Shown here: piece after piece, positions 13,130 to 26,638 of the stretch
How positions within the stretch are numbered: the stretch's first letter is position 1
Layout: the number at the start of each line of letters is the position of its first letter
DNA from: Eledone cirrhosa
Taxonomy: Eukaryota
Assembly (NCBI GenBank): GCA_964016885.1
Contig: OZ024740.1
Span: forward strand, 218,116,001-218,180,000
Reading direction: 5' to 3'
DNA length: 64,000 nucleotides
Notes under the pieces: generated by a model
Database searches by the model: none
Told to the model about the DNA's origin: nothing
What the model saw: only the letters and a program-made list of their open reading frames with translations
Made by a program: the position numbers and the translations under genes

Positions 13130-16100
13130 CTAAATCTAAGCTTAATCTCGCCTAAATCTAAGCTAAATCTAAGCTAAATCTACGATAATATAAGCTAAAT
13201 CTCACATAAATCTAAGCTAAATATGAGCTAAATCTCATCTAATTCTAATCTAACTATAAGCTAAATCTCACGTAAATCTAAGCTAAATCTAAGCTCAATC
13301 TCATCTAAATCTAAGCTAGATCTAAGCTAAATCTCACCTAAATCTGAGCTAAATATGAGCTAAATCTCACATAAATCTTAGCTAAATATAAGCTAAATCT
13401 CATCTAAATCTAAGCTAAATCTAAGCTAAATCTCACCTAAATCTAAGCTAAATATAAGCTAAATCTCACCTAAATCTAAGTTAAATATAGGTTCCATCTA
13501 AGATAAATCTCACCCAAATCTCAGATAAATCACACCTAAATCTAAGCTCAATATAAGCTAAATCTCACCTGAATCTAAGCTAAATCTAAGCTACATCTAA
13601 GATAAAAGTCACCTAAATTTAAGCTGAATATAAGCTAAATCTCGTCTAAATCTAAGCTAAAAATAAGATAAATCTCACATAAATCTAAGCTAAATCTCAC
13701 CTAAATTTCAGCTAAATGTAAGCTAAATCTCACATAAATCTAAGCTAAGTATAGGCTAAATATCACCTAAATCTAAGCCAAATCTAAGCTAAGCCTCACC
13801 TAAATCTAAGATAAATATAAGCTAAATCTCACGTAAATTTAAGCTAAATATAAGCTAAATCTCACCTAAATCTAAGCTAAATCTAAGCTAATTATAAGAA
13901 AAATCTTACCTAAATCTAAGCTAAATCTCACCTAAATCTTCGCAAATATAAGCTAAATGTCACCTAAATCTAAGCTAAATCTCACCTAAATCAAAGCTAA
14001 ATATAAGCTAAATCTCACCTAATTCTAAACTAAATATAAGCTAAATCTCACCTAATTCTAAGCTAAATATATGCTAAATCTCACTTAAATCTAAGCTAAA
14101 TCTCACCTAAATATAAGCTAAATCACACCGAAATCTAAGTTAAATGTAAGCTAAATCTCACCTAAATCTAAGCTAAATCTAAGCTAAAGCTCACCTAAAT
14201 CTAAGCTAAATCTCACCTAAATCTAAGATAAATCTCACTTAAATATATGCTAAATGTAAGTTAAATCTCACCTAAATCTAGGCTAAATCTAAGCTAAATC
14301 TCATCTAAATCTAAGCTAAATCTAAGCTAAATCTAAGCTAAATCTAAGCTAAATCTAAGCTAAATCTAAGATAAATCTCACTTAAATCTAAGATAAATTA
14401 CGCATAAATCTAAGCTAAATATAAGCTAAATCTCACCTAAATCTCAGCTAAATCTAAGATAAATCTCACCTAAATCTAAGCTAAATATAAGCTAAATATC
14501 ACCTAAATCTAAGCTAAATCTCACCTAAATCTAATCTAAATACGAGCTTAATCTCACCTAAATCTAAGTTAAATATAAGCTAAATCTCACCTGAATCTAA
14601 GCTAAATGTAAGCTAAATCTAAGCTAAATCTCACCTAAATCTAAGTTAAATCTAAGCTAAATATCACCTAAATCTAAGCTAAATCTAAGCTAAATCTGTC
14701 CTAAATCTAAGCTAAATATAAGCTAAATCTAAGGTAAATATAAGCTAAATCTCACCTAAATCTAAGCTAAATCTAAGCTAAATCTCACCTAAATTTAAAC
14801 TAAATGTAAGCTAAATCTCACCTAAATCTAAGCTAAATATAAGCTAAATCTCACCTGAATCTAAGCTAAATCTAAGCTAAATCTCACCCAAATCTAAGCT
14901 AAATCTAAGCTAAATCTAACCTAAATCTAAGCTAAATCTAAGCTAAGTCTGACATAAATCTAAGCTAAATATAAGCTAAATCTCACCTAAATCTAAGCTA
15001 AATCTAAGCTAATTATAAGCTAAATCTTACCCAAATCTAAGCTAAATCTAAGCTAAATCTCACCTAAATCTAAGCAAATATAAGCTAAATGTCAACTAAA
15101 TCTAAGCTAAATCTCATCTAAATCTAAGCTAAATATAAGCTAAATCTCACCTAATTCTAAGCTAAATATAAGCTAAATCTCACGTAAATCTAAGCTAAAT
15201 ATAAGCTAAATATAAGCTAAATCTCACCTAAATATAAGCTAAATATAAGTCAAATCTCACCTAAATCTAATCTAAATCTAAGCTAAATCTGACCTAAATC
15301 TAAGCTAAATATAAACTAAATCTAAGGTAAATATAAGCTAAATCCCACCTAAATCTAAGCTAAATCTAAGATAAATCTCACCTAAATTTAAGCTAAATGT
15401 AAGCTAAATCTCACCTAAATCTAAGCTAAATATAAGCTAAATCTCACCTGAATTAAAGCTAAATCTAAGCTAAATCTCACCTAAATCTAAGCTAAATCTA
15501 AGCTAAATCTAACCTAAATCTAAGGTAAATCTAAGCTAAGTCTCACCTAAATCTAAAATAAATATAAGCTAAATCTCACCTAAATCTAAGCAAATATCAG
15601 CTAAATGTCACCTAAATCTAAGCTAAATCTCACCTATATCTAAGCTAAATATAAGCTAAATCTCACGTAAATCTAACCTAAATATAAGCTAAATATAAGC
15701 TAAATCTCACCTAAATATAAGCGAAATCTAAGCTAAATCTCACCTAAATCTAAGCTAAATATGAGGTAAATCTCATTTAAATCTAAGCTATATCTCATAT
15801 AAATATAAGCTAAATATAAGTCAATTCTCACCTAAATCTAAGATAAATCTCACCGAAATCTAGGCTAAATCTAAGATAAATCTCACCTAAATCTAAGATA
15901 AATCACACCTAAATCTAAGCTAAATATAAGCTAAATCTCACCTAAATATAACCTAAAGCTAACCTGAATCTAAGCTAAATCTCACCTAAATCTAAGCTAA
16001 ATATGATCTAAATCTCACCTAAATCTAAGCTAAATCTCACATAAATATAAGCTAAATATAAGTTAAATCTCACATTAATCTAAGCTAAATCTTAACTAAA

Positions 16101-19100
16101 TCTAAGCTAAATCTAAGCTAAATCTCACCCAAATTTAACCTAAATGTAAGCTAAATCTCACCTAAATCTAAGCTAAATAAAGGCTAAATCTCACCTAAAT
16201 CTAAGATATATCTAAGTTAAATCTACTCTAAATATAAGCTAAATATAAGCTAAATCTCACCTAACTCTAAGCTAAATCTAAGCTAAATCTAAGTTAATTT
16301 CACCTATATATAATCTAAATCACACATAAATCTAAGCTAAATGAAAGCTAAATCTCACCTAAATCTAAGCTAATTCTCACGTAAATCTAAGCTAAATCGA
16401 AGCATAATATAAGCTAAATGTCACCTAAGTCTAAGCTAAATATAAATTAAATCTCACCTAAATCTAAGCTAAATATAAGCTAAATCTCACCTTATTCTTA
16501 GTTAAATATAAGCTAAATCTCATCTAAATCTAAGCTAAATCTAAGCTAAATATATGCTAAAGCTCACCTAAATCTCAGCTAAATCTCACCTAAATCTAAG
16601 CTAAATATGAGCTAAATCTCAACTAAATCTAAGCTAATTCTCACTTAAATATAAGCTAAATCTCACCTAAATCTAACCTGAATCTAAGCTAAATCTCACC
16701 TAAATATAAGCTAAATATAACCTAAATCTCATCCAAATCTAAGCTAAATCTGACCTAAATCTAATCTAAATATAAGATAAATCTCGTCTAAATCTAGGCT
16801 AAATATAAGATATATCTCACCTAAATCTAAGCTAAATCGAAGCTAAATCTGACCTAAATCTAAGCTAAATCTAAGCTAAATCTCGTCTAAATCTAGGCTA
16901 AATATAAGCTAAATCTCACCTAAATCTAAGCTAAAACTAAGCTAAATCTCACCTAAAATTAAGCTAAATGTAAGCTAAATCTCACCTAAATGTAATCTAA
17001 ATATAAATTAAATCTAACCTAAATATAAACTAAATCTCACCTAAATCTAAGCTAAATCTAAGCAAATTATAAGCTAAATCTTACCTAAATCTAAGCTAAA
17101 TCTAAGCTAAATCTAAGCTAAATCTCACCTAAATCTTCGCAAATATAAGCTAAATGACACCTAAATCTAAGCTAAATCTCACCTAAATCTAAGCTAAATA
17201 TAAGCTAAATCTCACCTAATTCTAAGCTAAATAAAAGCTAAATATCACTTAAATCTAAGCTAAATATATGCTAAATCTCACCTAAATCTAAGCTAAATAT
17301 AAGCTAAATCTCACCTAATTCTAAGCTAAATATTAGCTAAATCTCACTTAAATCTAAGCAAAATCTCACCTAAATATAAGCTAAAGCACACCGAAATCTA
17401 AGCTAAATGTAAGCTAAATCTCACATAAATCTAAGCTAATTCTCACCTAAATCTAAGCTAAATCTAAGCTAAATCTCACCTAAATCTAAGCTAAATCTAA
17501 GCTATTTATAAGCTAAATCTTACCTAAATCTAAGCTAAATATAAGCTAAATCTCACCTAAATCTAAGCAAATATAAGCTAAATGTCACCTAAATCTAAGC
17601 TAAATATAAGCTAAATCTCACCTAATTCTAAGCTAAATATAAGCTAAATCTCACGTAAATCTAAACTAAATATAAGCTAAATATAAGCTAAATCTCAGCT
17701 AAATCTCACCTAAATATAAGCTAAATCTAAGCTAAATCTCACCTAAATCTAAGCTAAATATGAGGTAAATCTCATTTAAATCTAAGCTAAATCTCATATT
17801 GATATAAGCTAAATATAAATCAAATCTCACCTAAATCTAATCTAAATCTAAGCTACATCTGACCTAAATGTAAGCTAAATATTAACTAAATCTGAGGTAA
17901 ATATAAGCTAAATCTCACCTAAATCTAAGCTAAATCTAAGATAAATCTCACTTAAATGTAAGCTAAATGTAAGCTAAATCTCACCTAATTCTAAGCTAAA
18001 TATATGCTAAATCTCACTTAAATCTAAGCTAAATCTCACCTAAATATAAGCTAAATCACACCGAAATCTAAGTTAAATGTAAGCTAAATCTCACCTAAAT
18101 CTAAGCTAAATCTAAGCTAAAGCTCACCTAAATCTAAGCTAAATCTCACCTAAATCTAAGATAAATCTCACTTAAATATAAGCTAAATGTAAGTTAAATC
18201 TCACCTAAATCTAGGCTAAATCTAAGCTAAATCTCATCTAAATCTAAGCTAAATCTAAGCTAAATCTAAGCTAAATCTAAGCTAAATCTAAGCTAAATCT
18301 AAGATAAATCTCACTTAAATCTAAGATAAATTACGCATAAATCTAAGCTAAATATAAGCTAAATCTCACCTAAATCTCAGCTAAATCTAAGCTAAATCTC
18401 ACCTAAATCTAAGCTAAATATAAGCATAAATCTCACCTAAATCTAATCTAAATACGAGCTTAATCTCACCTAAATCTAAGTTAAATATAAGCTAAATCTC
18501 ACCTGAATCTAAGCTAAATGTAAGCTAAATCTAAGCTAAATCTCACCTAAATCTAAGTTAAATCTAAGCTAAATATCACCTAAATCTAAGCTAAATCTAA
18601 GCTAAATCTGTCCTAAATCTAATCTAAATATAAGCTAAATCTAAGGTAAATATAAGCTAAATCTCACCTAAATCTAAGCTAAATCTAAGCTAAATCTCAC
18701 CTAAATTTAAACTAAATGTAAGCTAAATCTCACCTAAATCTAAGCTAAATATAAGCTAAATCTCACCTGAATCTAAGCTAAATCTAAGCTAAATCTCACC
18801 CAAATCTAAGCTAAATCTAAGCTAAATCTAACCTAAATCTAAGCTAAATCTAAGCTAAGTCCTGACATAAATCTAAGCTAAATATAAGCTAAATCTCACC
18901 TAAATCTAAGCTAAATCTAAGCTAATTATAAGCTAAATCTTACCTAAATCTAAGCTAAATCTAAGCTAAATCTCACCTAAATCTAAGCAAATATAAGCTA
19001 AATGTCAACTAAATCTAAGCTAAATCTCATCTAAATCTAAGCTAAATATAAGCTAAATCTCACCTAATTCTAAGCTAAATATAAGCTAAATCTCACGTAA

Positions 19101-21892
19101 ATCTAAGCTAAATATAAGCTAAATATAAGCTAAATCTCACCTAAATATAAGCTAAATATAAGTCAAATCTCACCTAAATCTAATCTAAATCTAAGCTAAA
19201 TCTGACCTAAATCTAAGCTAAATATAAACTAAATCTAAGGTAAATATAAGCTAAATCCCACTAAATCTAAGCTAAATCTAAGATAAATCTCACCTAAATT
19301 TAAGCTAAATGTAAGCTAAATCTCACCTAAATCTAAGCTAAATATAAGCTAAATCTCACCTGAATTAAAGCTAAATCTAAGCTAAATCTCACCTAAATCT
19401 AAGCTAAATCTAAGCTAAATCTAACCTAAATCTAAGCTAAATCTAAGCTAAGTCTCACCTAAATCTAAAATAAATATAAGCTAAATCTCACCTAAATCTA
19501 AGCAAATATCAGCTAAATGTCACCTAAATCTAAGCTAAATCTCACCTATATCTAAGCTAAATATAAGCTAAATCTCACGTAAATCTAACCTAAATATAAG
19601 CTAAATATAAGCTAAATCTCACCTAAATATAAGCGAAATCTAAGCTAAATCTCACCTAAATCTAAGCTAAATATGAGGTAAATCTCATTTAAATCTAAGC
19701 TATATCTCATATAAATATAAGCTAAATATAAGTCAATTCTCACCTAAATCTAAGATAAATCTCACCGAAATCTAGGCTAAATCTAAGATAAATCTCACCT
19801 AAATCTAAGATAAATCACACCTAAATCTAAGCTAAATATAAGCTAAATCTCACCTAAATATAACCTAAAGCTAACCTAAATCTAAGCTAAATCTCACCTA
19901 AATCTAAGCTAAATATGATCTAAATCTCACCTAAATCTAAGCTAAATCTCACTTAAATATAAGCTAAATATAAGTTAAATCTCACATTAATCTAAGCTAA
20001 ATCTTAACTAAATCTAAGCTAAATCTAAGCTAAATCTCACCCAAATTTAACCTAAATGTAAGCTAAATCTCACCTAAAACTAAGCTAAATAAAGGCTAAA
20101 TCTCACCTAAATCTAAGATATATCTAAGTTAAATCTACTCTAAATATAAGCTAAATATAAGCTAAATCTCACCTAACTCTAAGCTAAATCTAAGCTGAAT
20201 CTAAGTTAATTTCACCCTATATATAATCTAAATCACACATAAATCTAAGCTAAATGTAAGCTAAATCTCACCTAAATCTAAGCTAATTCTCACGTAAATC
20301 TAAGCTAAATCGAAGCAAAATATAAGCTAAATGTCACCTAAGTCTAAGCTAAATATAAATTAAATCTCACCTAAATCTAAGCTAAATATAAGCTAAATCT
20401 CACCTTATTCTTAGTTAAATATAAGCTAAATCTCATCTAAATCTAAGCTAAATCTAAGCTAAATATATGCTAAAGCTCACCTAAATCTAAGCTAAATCTC
20501 ACCTAAATCTAAGCTAAATATGAGCTAAATCTCAACTAAATCTAAGCTAATTCTCACTTAAATATAAGCTAAATCTCACCTAAATCTAACCTGAATCTAA
20601 GCTAAATCTCACCTAAATATAAGCTAAATATAACCTAAATCTCATCCAAATCTAAGCTAAATCTGACCTAAATCTAATCTAAATATAAGCTAAATCTCGT
20701 CTAAATCTAGGCTAAATATAAGATATATCTCACCTAAATCTAAGCTAAATCGAAGCTAAATCTGACCTAAATCTAAGCTAAATATAAGCTAAATCTCGTC
20801 TAAATCTAGGCTAAATATAAGCTAAATCTCACCTAAATCTAAGCTAAATCTAAGCTAAATCTCACCTAAAATTAAGCTAAATGTAAGCTAAATCTCACCT
20901 AAATGTAAGCTAAATATAAATTAAATCTAACCTAAATCTAAGCTAAATCTAAGCTAATTCTCACCTAAATCTAAGCTAAATCTCACCTAAATTTCAGCTA
21001 AATGTAAGCTAAATCTCACCTAAATCTAAGCTAAATATAGGCTAAATATCACCTAAATCTAAGCTAATAATCTACTATGCCTCACCTAAATCTAAGATAA
21101 ATATAAGCTAAATGTCACGTAAATTTAAGCTAAATATAAGCTAAATCTCACCTAAATCTAAGCTAAATCTAAGCAAATTATAAGCTAAATCTTACCTAAA
21201 TCGAAGCTAAATCTAAGCTAAATCTAAGCTAAATCTCACCTAAATCTTCGCAAATATAAGCTAAATGACACCTAAATCTAAGCTAAATCTCACCTAAATC
21301 TAAGCTAAATATAAGCTAAATCTCACCTAATTCTAAGCTAAATAAAAGCTAAATATCACTTAAATCTAAGCTAAATATATGCTAAATCTCACCTAAATCT
21401 AAGCTAAATATAAGCTAAATCTCACCTAATTCTAAGCTAAATATTAGCTAAATCTCACTTAAATCTAAGCAAAATCTCACCTAAATATAAGCTAAAGCAC
21501 ACCGAAATCTAAGCTAAATGTAAGCTAAATCTCACATAAATCTAAGCTAATTCTCACCTAAATCTAAGCTAAATCTAAGCTAAATCTCACCTAAATCTAC
21601 GCTAAATCTAAGCTATTTATAAGCTAAATCTTACCTAAATCTAAGCTAAATATAAGCTAAATCTCACCTAAATCTAAGCAAATATAAGCTAAATGTCACC
21701 TAAACCTAAGCTAAATATAAGCTAAATCTCACCTAATTCTAAGCTAAATATAAGCTAAATCTCACGTAAATCTAAACTAAATATAAGCTAAATATAAGCT
21801 AAATCTCAGCTAAATCTCACCTAAATATAAGCTAAATCTAAGCTAAATCTCACCTAAATCTAAGCTAAATATGAGGTAAATCTCATTTAAAT
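13130..21892. repeat. 11-bp satellite GCTAAATCTAA with 33-bp sub-repeat (GCTAAATCTCA-CCTAAATCTAA-GCTAAATATAA)
   Basis: Pure runs (e.g. 14310-14370) shift one base per 10-bp block, giving period 11; three monomer types alternate. Confidence 0.97.
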
Positions 21893-22092
21893 NNNNNNNN
21901 NNNNNNNNNNNNNNNNNNNNNNNNNNNNNNNNNNNNNNNNNNNNNNNNNNNNNNNNNNNNNNNNNNNNNNNNNNNNNNNNNNNNNNNNNNNNNNNNNNNN
22001 NNNNNNNNNNNNNNNNNNNNNNNNNNNNNNNNNNNNNNNNNNNNNNNNNNNNNNNNNNNNNNNNNNNNNNNNNNNNNNNNNNNNNNNNNNNN
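21893..22092. other. Assembly gap (200 N)
   Basis: Exactly 200 N; a round size indicates a scaffolding join, so adjacency across it is not sequence-supported. Confidence 0.99.
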
Positions 22093-22135
22093 TGTATTCT
22101 GTTGTACTGAACATTTAAACGAGAGATATTGGTAG

Positions 22136-22146
22136 AGGGAGAGAGG

Positions 22147-22196
<50 letters not shown>

Positions 22197-22256
22197 TCAC
22201 CGCCAAAGAACAACGTTTGGTTAAAAAATTAACTAACAAAACAAAAGAGAGAGAGA

Positions 22257-22320
<64 letters not shown>
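22136..22320 (+). repeat. (GA)n microsatellites
   Basis: Two GA runs separated by about 55 bp. Confidence 0.95.
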
Positions 22321-22321
<1 letters not shown>

Positions 22322-22614
22322 GATATTGCAAGACATAGGTAGAAAAGATAAAGGAAAAGCTGACAAACTATTAAAGCAAATGAAGCAACATACATACATA
22401 AATACATACATGATGGTTGCCCCCTCGTTATTGAGTATGGCCATTGCACGATATACCATTATTAATAACTATTAATTAATTCTATCGTGCAATGCCTGAG
22501 CGTGAAGATATTTTTAAAGTGAGGAAAGACTGTGCACTGAGCCAATCCCACTCTCTGAGCGACAGTAGCTATAACCAGAAAAGAAGAAAAGATCAACATC
22601 ATCGGTAACTACTG

Positions 22615-22895
22615 AGCCGCAGGTTTTATATCGGAGATATCCCAGTTTCCTGAGTTGCCTTCTCCTAGAAGAATGCTCTGACAAAGGCTAGGGGTCCTTC
22701 TCCCTCAGTGGTTCAACCGCGCAGTACATGTGTATATACATATTTACATACACAACGGTGGCCATTGACTCTTATGAGTTCTTCCGCCCTTTGTCAGGTT
22801 TTGTTTTTGGTCCTTCAGGCTGTCCAAAATCACCCTCCTCACCAAGTAAACTTGGTGGGGTTGCCCGTTTAGTCGCCGACGACCCGACCATGCGA
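22615..22895 (-). mobile_element. Probable non-LTR retroelement 5' leader remnant(s) between TACA/TA repeats
   Basis: Minus strand 22645-22725 aligns by eye to the RTE leader at 44342-44432 (shared CGGT..AACC, TAGCCTT, CTAGGAGAAGG..AACTC). Confidence 0.5.
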
Positions 22896-22944
22896 CACAC
22901 ATATATACATATATACATACATACATATATATATACATATATAC

Positions 22945-23547
22945 AAAAGGGGAGGGCCAGCAGCTGACAATAAATGTAGGCTATGTAAAACAAAGATCGA
23001 GGATGTAAGCCACATTGTTGCCAGCTGCGAAAGAATGTCATCTCGCTACTACCTCCCCATGAGACACGATGGGATAGCTAGAACCATCTGGAACGCACTT
23101 CGGAAAACAAAATTAACAACAAACGAGGAAGAATATATTGAGACAGATGGCACTAAGGAATACTGGTGGAACCTGAAAATAAAAACTGCCACCAAATTAA
23201 AGCACAACCGGCCTGAAATTGTTGTTTGGGACCACACATCGAAAACGTGTTCTGTTGTGGAGATCAGCTGCCCACTTGATGTAAACGTTGTCAGAAAAAT
23301 ACAGGAGAAGGAGGACATCTACGGACCATTGATGGGGAGTTTGCAAATCCAGTATCCAAGATACACCTTTAGCTTCATACCCGTCATTATTGGAGCTACG
23401 GGTTATATACCAACCCGCTTGGACCAAAGTGTGACTGAACTTGGATTTGCGGACAAAAAGCACAGCTCCCTAATTCATAGTCTACAAATGGCTGCGATAG
23501 CTGGAACCTTCAAAATTTGCAAAACATTCTTGCGATTCAAGAGATGA
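22945..23547 (+). pseudogene. C-terminus of an RLE-type non-LTR retrotransposon ORF (R4/Dong-like), 5'-truncated
   Basis: The frame extends upstream of the listed ORF: CRLC-x8-H-x4-C knuckle (from 22975), RHD motif, NRPEIV...VEISCP PD-(D/E)xK-like core, PVIIGATG. A short 3' UTR ends in TA/TACA repeats near 23632. Confidence 0.88.
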
Positions 23548-23679
23548 CAATTTCTTTTCTTTTACAACCTTGCCACCAGGAAGGTGGCCGGTCAAAATGA
23601 TATACTCGAAATTAAGAGAAAGAGATAACAAATATATATATATACATACATGCATATATACATATATACATACATACAC

Positions 23680-25600
23680 TCTCTCTCTCTCGATAACACT
23701 CACCACACACTCTCTACTTCCATCTTTTACAAACCCACTGACTCCTACTCCTACCTCGACTTCACCTCCTTCCACCCACCCACCCACACCAAACTCTCTA
23801 TACCCAACTCCCAATTCCCCTGTCATCGTCGGCTCTACAGCCAGGACCATGATTTCCAGATCCAGTCTCGATGCATGGCTTCTCGCTTCATCCAGAATAG
23901 ATATCCTCCCACCGTGATTTAAGCTGCCCTTACCCGCACTCGTAGTACTGACCGCACCACAGCCCTATCCTCCACTAACCACCCCAACGCTTGCCTCCCT
24001 TTCCCCCTCACCTACCACCCGCCTATCTCACCACTACGTCATCGCTTCCTTCATTATTTCTGAACTCTCGTTTCTGACCTCATCACCTTTCGCTTCTCTC
24101 TCAACCCACGCACCATTGGCTTTAAAGGCGCCCGTAATCTTCGTGACCATCTTGTGCACAGTTCTTCTTCCTTCTCCTCCCCTTGTACGCCTCCTGGCTC
24201 CCGTCCGTGTTTTCATCTCCACTGTAACACCTGCCCCTACATAACAAGCCTCATTACTCTCACATGTATGAACCATTCCTTTCGATTTCGCCACTCCTTC
24301 ACTTGCGCCTCCACCAACGTCGTCTACGCCCTCTCTGGTATTCCCTGTGTAGGTCCATTTACATAGGACAAACAGGCTGCCGTCTGGCGGACCGATTCGC
24401 CGAACACCTAAGGGGTATACGATTAGGTAAAGACACTCCTCATTTCCGTTTCCCCAATCACTCAACTCAACACCTCACTGTCTCAGGCCTTCTTTTACAC
24501 CACGGATCCGCAGCCACTCGCACCATGACCGAAGAGAAATTAATTTTCCACCTTAGAACCAATTTTCCAAATGGATTCAATTCCCCCCACAGTTCCTTAA
24601 AACTCCCTTTACTCTTTCTCTTAAACACTAACACGCATACGCACACACACATAACTCCAGCCACCACACGATACATACCCACATTTCCAACATCCGTATA
24701 TATCACCCCACACACTTCTACTACTACACAAACATGACCATTAGCCATATACTTTCTGATGCATGCACACGTATGTGCACCTGCCCACACATTCCTGTGC
24801 TCATGTCCATATGTTCTTGTTTCTTTTGCGCGCTTGTCTGTGTTCGCGTGGCTGTGGCGTTGTCAGTGTTGAATGTTTCCTAACATTTACTCCGTCCCCA
24901 ACCTTCCCGGCTCTACCCACCTCCGTGCACATAATGACTTCACACCTTGTAGCTTAGGTTGTACCCCTGTATCATCATATCTGAAACTAAGCAGCTTCTC
25001 TTATACCAAGTAATGAAATATACAGGTCACAACCATTTTAGCTACCTCCTCTTTTCTATACAGCCCACTCGGCTGCTACTGTGTGCGTATGTGTGCACGT
25101 ATATGTAGAAATCCATATACATTTTTATACATCCGCTTACGTCGGTCAGTTCACGCGCACACGTTCACTCACACATCCACACTCTCACATAAGCCAGCAC
25201 GTCACAGTTGAAGGCTTCTCCATCAAACATACGAACATACCTTCACGCGCGCACGCGCGCACACACGCAGGCACAAACCTGCACACACACACCAACACAC
25301 GCATGCATACTCACATGTCCACTCCATATATACATTGATTACCTCCCTTTCTAAACCTCTCTAAGATACCCCTTGACCAGCCTCTCTTCAGAATGGCTGA
25401 CCGAATATACATGTGTGTTTATTTCTACCTTTTTTTCGTCATTTTTCACCGCCCCCTCCTCTTACTACTCTTCTATTTCTAACTCTATCTTGTGATGAAG
25501 GACGAGTCTCGTTAAGACTCTTTCTTCCTGCTATTTCAAGCGTTAAACTAATATATTTCTTCCATTACTGTGTCGTTTATTTTGTTATTTCTGTTTATCT
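23680..25600 (+). mobile_element. Penelope-like element remnant (Neptune-like): RT C-terminus, Cys linker and GIY-YIG endonuclease, decayed
   Basis: YKPTDSYSYL..HP..K.SIP.SQF (23650 ORF), PC..HCNTCPY and TCASTNVVY (24154 ORF), IYIGQT...RFAEH...E.KLIF.L.T..P.GFN (24264 ORF), with frameshifts. Coding ends near 24600; the 3' boundary is approximate. Confidence 0.85.
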
Positions 25601-25851
25601 TTTACATACATACACACACATATATATATACATATATATATATAAAAAGTTACAATATCCTAAAAGAGGATAGAAAGAGGAGGTATAAAGAGGTACGATA
25701 CAGAATATTACATGCCAAAAGCGCGTGCGTAAGTGCTCGATGCTTGGTTATCAGGGTTAAATATTAGAGAAGGTTAATATTTAGTGTACAAGAATAAGCA
25801 GAACGGTGATAGGCAAAATAATTAATGAAAGAGTTACAAGCCGTTAAAACA

Positions 25852-25897
25852 TATCTTACACATGTTTCGCCCAATGGGGCTCGTCTGAGGGAGATAT
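25852..25897 (-). ncRNA. Degenerate hammerhead-like motif in the 3' region of PLE B
   Basis: Minus strand CAGACGA-GCCC-CATT-GGGC-GAAAC-ATGT-GTA: the core differs from CTGANGA at one position and stem I is weak. Confidence 0.5.
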
Positions 25898-26638
25898 TAA
25901 GGCAAAGCTTTTAATTAAATACCCTATTCTGCTAAAATAATGCTTTAACATCAGAATGCATATTATATATACCTTGTTAAGTATTAAAAAATGGTGCAAA
26001 GATGTTAGCATGCTAAGGGAGGTAATTACCGGTGCTGGTGTAATGTTACTTCTCAAACTAACGACCGCTACCGGCTTAGTAAGAAATTTTATTTATTATT
26101 TAAAAGGAATTAACGTAAGTAGGGTTAGTCAACTCAACGTAATGAGGCGGTGTTACGGTGGGAGTATGAATTATTAGCAAAGTCATTAAATACTATACAC
26201 AGATTTTAGTGCAAAGTGGCAAATTCAGTGTGAATTTGAAGGCCTAAAGAGGTAACGTCACTTTAGATAGAATTTGTATATTTATATAATCAGTTGTCTA
26301 AGAAGTAGCTTGGGTATAAGCAGCAGTTCTGTAAAATTTCCCAAAGATCTGTCTGGCCGTGTGGAAGAATATAGCGGGGCAGGCCCAGCTAAATATATGC
26401 AGTGCAGCTTCCTGGAAGGAAAACAGAGGGTGGATGATGGTGTTGTTCCAAATTGTTTAATGTTAAGTCCACCGCCGGTAAGTCAGGCCAGGGTGTGGTG
26501 TTGAGAGCATCAGGTGTTATGGTGGTTATGTAGTTGTTGGGGTCCATCTATAGAAAGATTGTTGCAGCCGATGGCCGCAATTGATGACAGTTTCAGCCCG
26601 ACTATTTATGAGGTCCTGGGGTGCTTGCACTATATAAT

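Noticed and set aside
13130-21892. CRISPR-like array
   Set aside because: Contiguous tandem monomers with no unique spacers, no cas genes, and a eukaryotic context.
21883-22449. ORFs spanning the N run
   Set aside because: Artefacts of the assembly gap and the GA repeat.
22440-22496. 12-bp inverted repeat CATTGCACGATA/TATCGTGCAATG
   Set aside because: Real but short; no assignable RNA motif or transposon ends.
25488-25525. Possible hammerhead at the end of the Neptune-like PLE (GTGATGAAG...)
   Set aside because: Core is altered and there is no GAAA after the hairpin.
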